Assembly: GCA_009784235.1 (NCBI GenBank)
Contig: WRCC01000001.1
Span: forward strand, 177,506-241,505
Length of the DNA stretch: 64,000 bases
DNA from: Alphaproteobacteria bacterium
GTDB lineage: Bacteria > Pseudomonadota > Alphaproteobacteria > Rs-D84
Direction: 5' to 3'
Shown: positions 58,210 through 64,000 of the stretch, in pieces
Layout of the letters: the number at the start of each line of letters is the position of its first letter
Position numbering within the stretch: the stretch's first letter is position 1
Notes under the pieces: model-generated
Databases searched by the model: none
The model's input: the letters and a program-made list of their open reading frames with translations, nothing else
What the model was told of the DNA's origin: nothing
Translations under genes and position numbers: made by a program

Positions 58210-58285
58210 TTTTGAATTCTGGTGCGAGCAAAGGGGCTCGAACCCTCGGCCTCGACCTTGGCAAGGTCGCGCTCTACCAACTGAG
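58210..58285 (-). tRNA. tRNA-Gly (anticodon GCC), CCA encoded
   Basis: Reverse complement GCGAGTATAGCTCAGTTGGTAGAGCGCGACCTTGCCAAGGTCGAGG-CCGAGGGTTCGAGCCCCTTTGCTCGCACCA. Confidence 0.9.
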
Positions 58286-58340
58286 CTATACTCGCACGTG
58301 CCAGATTTTGGCATATTATTTTTATAATTGCAAGATATTT

Positions 58341-59831
58341 TTATTTGATTTTTTTGTTGGCGATATAGGCCAGTGGCATATAGAACACACCACCAGCAGC
58401 AATAGCAACAATCAACGTGAATATTCCGGTTATCATGCCGGCAGACATTGCAACATATAATCCCACACCCATGATGGCCGACAACGCGCCGAATACGGTA
58501 ATCGCACGGGCTGTTGACGGCGCGGACTGGAACAAGTTCCGGTGGCGGCATGCACGCAACAACAGCCAGTTTTTCAAATATCCGCCGACAACCACGCCAA
58601 TTGGAACAGACAAAAATCCAACAACGGGAAACATCGCAACGAAAATCGCGGCAGAGACGCCCAGCGATATCATGCTGGTCCGAACCGGCGTTTTAACATC
58701 TTGTGATGCATATAGTGTTTTTGAATAAACTTGGCTGGTCGTCATGGCGGGCAGCGCCAGACACAATATCATTATTGCCGTTGCCGTTGCGATTGTTGAT
58801 TCATGCGTCCATGCGCCGCGTTCAAATATAAACTGCATAATTGGTGTGGCCAAAACGAACAGTCCAACCATTGACGGCAACACGAACATCATCGATTGGC
58901 GCATCACAGCGTTTTGTTGCGCATATACTGTTTCCATTTTTTTCGCGCTTATCGCGTCCGAAATACTGGTCAATAATACCGTTCCGGCCGCCAAGCCCAC
59001 GACTGCAAACGGCAATTGCACCATGCGGTCAGCATAGTACAGCCATGTTACCGCGCCGGACTGAAACGATGCGACCAATGTTCCGATTAATATATTTATT
59101 TGATAAAAACCACTGCCCACTATCGTTGTGCCCATGCGTTTGACCATGGTCTTTATACCATTTGTTATGCGTGGTCGAATAAGACGCAGACCGAACCGGC
59201 GTGCGCGAATTCGCGCCCATAAAATCGCAAACTGCACAATGCCGGAAATCATTACTGCCGCTGCCAATATATAGATTGCGGTCGCGCCAACATCAAAATA
59301 AATCGCCGCGCCCAGGCCAAGAATCATGAATATATTCGTCAAAGCGGGCATCATTGCGGCGATTGCAAATTCAGAAAAAGCATTCAGAATTGCACCCAGG
59401 AATGCTGCGCCGCAAATTAAAATCACATATCCGAACATCAGGCGGGCCAGCAATATTGTCGATTCCATCTTGCCCGGGTCGATTGCAAATCCGGGTGCAA
59501 TTGCCCAGATAATCAGTGGCATTGCAATTAGTGCGACGACCGTAATTAATAATAAAATCGCCATCAGCCATGAAAAAACATTGCTGGCAAACAGTGGTCC
59601 GCGTGGCGCGCGATTTTTATGTTCAGCGAACATCGGCACAAATACGGCAGACAATGCGCCTTCACCCAACAAGTCGCGAAATAAATTCGGCAATTTGAAC
59701 GCGGCCAGGAATATATCGGACAACCGCCCCGCCCCCAATACGGCCGCAAACAGCATATCGCGCGCAAAGCCCAGCACCCGGCTGGCCGCCGTCCATGCAC
59801 CAACTTTGAATATATGTTTTTGCAGTGACAT
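58341..59831 (-). CDS. murJ: lipid II flippase MurJ (MviN)
   Basis: N-terminal AASRVLGFARDMLFAAVLGAG...FLAAFKLPNLFRDLLGEGALSAVFVP signature; 14 TM helices. Confidence 0.85.
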   Translation of the reverse strand: MSLQKHIFKVGAWTAASRVLGFARDMLFAAVLGAGRLSDIFLAAFKLPNLFRDLLGEGALSAVFVPMFAEHKNRAPRGPLFASNVFSWLMAILLLITVVALIAMPLIIWAIAPGFAIDPGKMESTILLARLMFGYVILICGAAFLGAILNAFSEFAIAAMMPALTNIFMILGLGAAIYFDVGATAIYILAAAVMISGIVQFAILWARIRARRFGLRLIRPRITNGIKTMVKRMGTTIVGSGFYQINILIGTLVASFQSGAVTWLYYADRMVQLPFAVVGLAAGTVLLTSISDAISAKKMETVYAQQNAVMRQSMMFVLPSMVGLFVLATPIMQFIFERGAWTHESTIATATAIMILCLALPAMTTSQVYSKTLYASQDVKTPVRTSMISLGVSAAIFVAMFPVVGFLSVPIGVVVGGYLKNWLLLRACRHRNLFQSAPSTARAITVFGALSAIMGVGLYVAMSAGMITGIFTLIVAIAAGGVFYMPLAYIANKKIK

Positions 59832-59887
59832 TTTCTACTTTCTTTTTTCGATTGTCGGCATTATACTCGTCGTAAAAGGAAAATAAA

Positions 59888-60601
59888 GTGAAAAGATTTA
59901 TTGTGCTTATGTTGGCGATTGTACTGGTCGGATGCAGCGGTGATAAAATTACACCGGAACGACCGCTGGATGAAATTTATGCCAAGGCGTATGAACAGCT
60001 GGACCGGAAAAATTGGTCACGCGCAGCCGAAGAATTCCAAGCCGCGGAACGCAACCATCCCGCGTCCGTGTGGGCGCCGGATGCGCTGATTATGGCGGCG
60101 TATGCGCTGTATATGGATGATGATTTTGCGGGCGTGATTACAGTCACCGACCGATTTATGCGCTTTTTCCCAGGGCATCACGATGTCGCATACGTGCTGT
60201 ACCTGCGCGGAATGGCATATTATCGCCAAGTATCAGACGTGCGGCGCGAACCGGGCATGTCTGTGCATGCGCTGAATACTTTCACGCAATTGGTAACGCG
60301 ATTCCCGAATTCGGAATATGCGGCAAATGCGCGAAATAAAATTCTTATCCTGAAAAATTACCTGGCCGGCAAGGTTATGTATTCCGCGCGTCGTGATATG
60401 GCGCGTCAAAATTGGGCGGCGGCGATTGAACAATTACAACAAATTGTAACGGGCGCCCAGGAAACCAAAATGACACCAGAAGCCCTATTCCGCTTGACGG
60501 AAAGCTATACAGCAATCGGACTGCCTGAACAAGCACGCGGATATGCCGAAATGTTGCGTATGAATTTCCCGGACAACGAATGGACGAAGAAGTTAAAATA
60601 A
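59888..60601 (+). CDS. bamD: outer-membrane protein assembly factor BamD (TPR lipoprotein)
   Basis: Lipobox LVGCSG; TPR-like helical repeats; 237 aa. Confidence 0.75.
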   Translation: MKRFIVLMLAIVLVGCSGDKITPERPLDEIYAKAYEQLDRKNWSRAAEEFQAAERNHPASVWAPDALIMAAYALYMDDDFAGVITVTDRFMRFFPGHHDVAYVLYLRGMAYYRQVSDVRREPGMSVHALNTFTQLVTRFPNSEYAANARNKILILKNYLAGKVMYSARRDMARQNWAAAIEQLQQIVTGAQETKMTPEALFRLTESYTAIGLPEQARGYAEMLRMNFPDNEWTKKLK

Positions 60602-60605
60602 TACA

Positions 60606-60628
60606 GAGGCGCAAATATGCGCCCTTAC
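60606..60628. repeat. palindromic element, degenerate short form (GAGGCGCAAATATGCGCCCTTAC); bidirectional terminator
   Basis: Two substitutions relative to the consensus core; directly after the bamD stop. Confidence 0.65.
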
Positions 60629-61317
60629 AATTTTGAATGACAATTTATTTCCCGGTTATAAATTTCATCAATTCTTTGTGATACAGATTCTTCCAATTCA
60701 TCGCGTGTTATATTAAGTGCAAGCATTACATATCGAATGGTAAAAAGAACATCGTAAAGTTCGTCTATGATGGCCATGCGGTTTTCAGGGCCAGCACTGC
60801 CCGTGGTATCTTGGATTCGTATGTATTTTGACAATTCAATGCTCAGTTCCAGCAATTCTTCCATCGCACGATATATTTGGAATTTTGTTCCCTGTTCAAT
60901 GCCGCGTTTTTCATATTGGCGTGCCATTACCTTTGCAGCCATTATATCCAATTCCGTTTGCAAATCTTTCGTCGGAACGTAATTTTCATCGCCGAATACC
61001 CGACAATAAGTCCGCCCAATTTTCGCGGGTTTATCGACGCCATTAACAACGTAATTGGAAAAACCAATATCGTGTAATTCTGCGTCCGATATATTTAATT
61101 GATTAATCGGATGCTGCATAACAATCAAAGTATCAACCAATTCTTTGCGCAGTTTCCGAACATCTGGTTTGCCCAGATTCAGTTTGGCCAATTCAGAATG
61201 AAATTGACACATAACCTTGTTCGCGATTGCAAACTGGTCCATCCAGCCGTTTTTTGCAATCAAATCACGGGACAGTTTTTCCAGTTGGCGCGATAAATTT
61301 TCGGAAAGGTACCACAT
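60625..61317 (-). CDS. hypothetical protein, possibly an all-alpha NTP pyrophosphohydrolase (MazG-like)
   Basis: Helical protein ending ...IDELYDVLFTIRYVMLALNITRDELEESVSQRIDEI, reminiscent of the MazG/dCTPase fold. Start overlaps the stop of the upstream deaminase gene. Confidence 0.3.
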   Translation of the reverse strand: MWYLSENLSRQLEKLSRDLIAKNGWMDQFAIANKVMCQFHSELAKLNLGKPDVRKLRKELVDTLIVMQHPINQLNISDAELHDIGFSNYVVNGVDKPAKIGRTYCRVFGDENYVPTKDLQTELDIMAAKVMARQYEKRGIEQGTKFQIYRAMEELLELSIELSKYIRIQDTTGSAGPENRMAIIDELYDVLFTIRYVMLALNITRDELEESVSQRIDEIYNREINCHSKL

Positions 61318-61787
61318 TAATCTATGCCCAGTTCCGCGTGTTTTATGCCGGCTTCGTCGAACATATCGAATGAAAGTCGGACGCTGTCGCGCCAACCTGG
61401 GATATTCGCACCGGCCATGGGATTCATATAAAAGACTTCTTTGATACCGGATTGGATAATTGCACGTGCGCATTCTGTGCATGGCGGATAAGAAATATAC
61501 AATGAACATCCACGCAGTGATACGCCATATAAAGAGGCATTATATATACAATTACGTTCTGCATGTTCGATGAAATTATATTTTATCGGGCGTTCCCAGC
61601 GCGCCGCAATATCGTCATCAATACCGCGCGGAAATCCATTATATCCAGTACCACGGATTTCTTTGTCGGGACCAACCACAACCGCACCGACACGCGTACT
61701 GGGGTCTTTGGACCAAGTCGCAATCAACAGCGCCAATTCCATATACCGCCGATTCCATTTGTCTGAAAAATTGAATTGTGTATCCAT
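61317..61787 (-). CDS. deoxycytidylate (dCMP) deaminase
   Basis: Zinc ligands HAERN and PCTECA; C-terminal IIQSGIKEVFY typical of dCMP deaminase rather than TadA. Confidence 0.7.
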   Translation of the reverse strand: MDTQFNFSDKWNRRYMELALLIATWSKDPSTRVGAVVVGPDKEIRGTGYNGFPRGIDDDIAARWERPIKYNFIEHAERNCIYNASLYGVSLRGCSLYISYPPCTECARAIIQSGIKEVFYMNPMAGANIPGWRDSVRLSFDMFDEAGIKHAELGID

Positions 61788-61900
61788 ATGCGTGATTTTA
61801 CAAAGTTTCCAGAATATATCAACAAAAATAATATTGACAGAATTATGTAAATAGTGAACGATGTTATCGCAGAATGTGGGGTAATAAAAAGGAATTTGCA

Positions 61901-63265
61901 ATGGCGAAAGTGACTCTTTTGGGCGAACACTCTATAAATCCTGTTGAAATGGCATCACACGCCGGACGCGCATGTTATGAATCAGATATGCCCAGTATCG
62001 GCGACGGCAAAATGATTGATGTCAAAAATCGACTTTTTGTTCCCGGTCATCATACCACATTGGAACATGCGCCACATCATTTTACATTCGCAATGGAAGA
62101 CATTTCTATATCGACCATAACATTCGGATTTCATCTGTCCCATCCCTTTTACAATTCAGACCAACGCAGCGGGCGGTTTTCCAAAATGTATGAAAACCCG
62201 GATATGGGCGAAATTGAATCGCGTATTCATAAATATTTCCCGAATGAAAATCCGTCCGATGCATTGAAATTTATTGAATCCGGCATAAAAATTTTCCAAG
62301 CTAACAAAGATAATCTGACCGACATTGCCGCGGAAACCTTGCGTGCAGAACGTCCATTTGTTTCAGATAAATATATCGAACAAAATGCGAAAAAAATGGC
62401 CCAAGAACAATTGCGCGTATTTATTTCAACAATTGCACCGACCGCAATGGACCATACCATTAATATCGTTACATTGGCCGCGCTGTGGCGCACGGCGCAT
62501 ACGCCAGAAATGCGCGACACCGTTGCCCAGATGGTCGCAGCTGTGAGATCCAAATATCCAGAAACTGAGCACATGTTCGATAAATCTGTTGCGGCAAAAC
62601 CGGAAAATGACTGGGCACCAACTGCATATAAATTCAAGCTTGATGATGGCAAAGTCCGGACCAGCCCGGAATTAAAATTACGAAACATAGACATTTATGA
62701 CTGTATTGTTAATCCAAATGCACGGGATACAGTCGATGTTTTAAAGTTCACGCCAGAAACCATGACCAATAATCTGTCCAGCATTCGGGTTGATGCGGAA
62801 ATGTCTATCATGACAATGGGTCAAGACCAACGGCATCGCACAATTGAACGCGGCGAACCAATATTCACCGGCGATTTTTATTTGCCACCACTGTTGGCCA
62901 AAGCAGGATTGATTACACCAGCAGAAAAATTCAGAAATGATTTTTGGAATCTACCAAATCCGATGCATCTTCGCACAATGATTGCGCCATATGGAATGAT
63001 GATGCATTATGGAAAACGGATAAACTTGAACGCTTTGTTGCATGAACAGGCAAAGCGCTTGTGTTGGTGCGCTCAAGAAGAAATATACAATCTGAACATC
63101 CAGTTGATGCAACAGCTGGGCGCAAAAGGACATCATGATATAGTTACTGAAATGATGCCACATTGCGCAAAATATGGAAAATGTTGCGAAGGTGCGCGTT
63201 TTTGCGGCCGCGATATGTCGGTTTGGAAAAATGGCAACGATGGATTCAAAGTTCGTGGAATATAA
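61901..63265 (+). CDS. thyX: flavin-dependent thymidylate synthase ThyX (long form)
   Basis: N-terminal VTLLGEHSINPVEMASHAGRACYES; GHHTTLEHAPHHFTF and DQRSGRFS (ThyX RHRxxSxxxxSxR-like) motifs. Confidence 0.6.
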   Translation: MAKVTLLGEHSINPVEMASHAGRACYESDMPSIGDGKMIDVKNRLFVPGHHTTLEHAPHHFTFAMEDISISTITFGFHLSHPFYNSDQRSGRFSKMYENPDMGEIESRIHKYFPNENPSDALKFIESGIKIFQANKDNLTDIAAETLRAERPFVSDKYIEQNAKKMAQEQLRVFISTIAPTAMDHTINIVTLAALWRTAHTPEMRDTVAQMVAAVRSKYPETEHMFDKSVAAKPENDWAPTAYKFKLDDGKVRTSPELKLRNIDIYDCIVNPNARDTVDVLKFTPETMTNNLSSIRVDAEMSIMTMGQDQRHRTIERGEPIFTGDFYLPPLLAKAGLITPAEKFRNDFWNLPNPMHLRTMIAPYGMMMHYGKRINLNALLHEQAKRLCWCAQEEIYNLNIQLMQQLGAKGHHDIVTEMMPHCAKYGKCCEGARFCGRDMSVWKNGNDGFKVRGI

Positions 63266-63416
63266 AAAACGTGGCAAAAGCCACGTTTTTTAATATAAAA
63301 TAATATGTTGTTTTTCCTGTGACATACGGTTTATAGTGGCGGGGTGGGTAATTTCTATTATAATGGCCCGCGTATGGTGTCCAAAATAAACGAATGGTAA
63401 CAAAACAAAAAAAGGC

Positions 63417-64000
63417 ATGTCGATGATGAAAAACATCTATGAAATGCTGCATGACGTTTGTTCCGCGAATAAAGACAGTATTTTCTTTGTCAGACAGAAT
63501 GAAACTTATGCAGATTTATTAAACGGGGTAAAACGCCGTGCGGTATTATTGGCTTCAAGATTCAAAGTAAAAAAAGGCGATGTGGTCGCAATTCTGTCCG
63601 GTAACACGCCAGAATTCATCAAGTCTTACTTTGCGATTATATCCCAAGGTGCGAAAGTCTTGATGCTGGACACTGGGTTGTCCAAATCAGACCACGAAAA
63701 CATGATGAAGCACACCGGATGCAAATTGGCATTGGCGCAAAAAAGCTTCTTTGTCGAAAACAGCAGCGCTGTTATGTTTGATATTGAATCCTTGGATGAT
63801 ACAGACGCATCAAAATTTGTCGCGGCGGACGCAGTTCGCGAAGATATTGCGATGCTGTCGTTCACTTCTGGCTCGACCGGAAATCCAAAGATTGTCGGAC
63901 TGACACATAACAATGTCTTGTCACTGACAGAAGCAATCAAGTTCTATGACGCCGCAATGAAGCCCGGATACATGTATTACGGAATTTTGCCACTGTATCA
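63417..64000 (+). CDS. AMP-dependent synthetase/ligase (acyl-CoA ligase family), 5' partial; runs off the window
   Basis: Open frame from ATG 63417 to the window end with AMP-binding motif SFTSGSTGNPKIV; not in the ORF track because no stop lies within the window. Confidence 0.65.
   Translation, partial: MSMMKNIYEMLHDVCSANKDSIFFVRQNETYADLLNGVKRRAVLLASRFKVKKGDVVAILSGNTPEFIKSYFAIISQGAKVLMLDTGLSKSDHENMMKHTGCKLALAQKSFFVENSSAVMFDIESLDDTDASKFVAADAVREDIAMLSFTSGSTGNPKIVGLTHNNVLSLTEAIKFYDAAMKPGYMYYGILPLY

Noticed and set aside
63626-63940. 104-aa minus-strand ORF
   Set aside because: Antisense to the plus-strand AMP-binding ligase frame (SFTSGSTGNPKIV motif), which is absent from the track only because it lacks a stop inside the window.

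Overview
The window reads as a chromosomal segment of an alphaproteobacterium, probably an obligate intracellular (Rickettsiales- or Holosporales-like) symbiont. The lineage evidence is a circularly permuted two-piece ssrA, a Ctc-type L25 with an Ala/Pro/Lys tail and a tsaB-rimI pair. The obligate-intracellular suggestion is inference from the eukaryote-like secreted proteins and the in-frame palindromic insertions described below.

Housekeeping genes recognised from sequence: ECF sigma factor module, lrgAB, lon (N and AAA domains only), tsaB, rimI, a Pif1-like helicase, secA, dnaE, rsmH, mtaB, rpoZ, rplY, a DacC-like PBP, holB, tatD, smpB, hupB, alaS (short form), rnj, ackA, lysS, murJ, bamD, a dCMP deaminase, thyX and a partial acyl-CoA ligase. 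RNA genes are 5 tRNAs (Arg-TCT, CAT, Ala-TGC, Ser-GGA, Gly-GCC), a two-piece tmRNA and an RNase P RNA that the ORF track leaves empty.

Between these sit many accessory surface proteins:
- two paralogous giant Cys-rich repeat proteins (1243 and 1952 aa) with a duplicated 5' leader;
- two Pmp-type autotransporters;
- a protein with a eukaryotic peritrophin-A chitin-binding domain;
- an operon of secreted Cys-rich proteins;
- a protein made of ~14 tandem 15-aa repeats;
- an EF-hand membrane protein;
- an orphan Mtd-like phage tail-fibre domain gene.

A family of GC-rich palindromic elements (GGGGCGCAAATATGCGCCCC and longer composite forms) occurs at least 7 times. Most copies act as bidirectional terminators. 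One is inserted in-frame inside mtaB, a different GC-rich palindrome is inserted in-frame inside tatD, and one supplies the alaS stop codon. Strongly AT-rich islets carrying unknown genes lie next to tRNA-Arg/ssrA, after the truncated lon, and around 39.3-40.3 kb and 54.1-55.8 kb.
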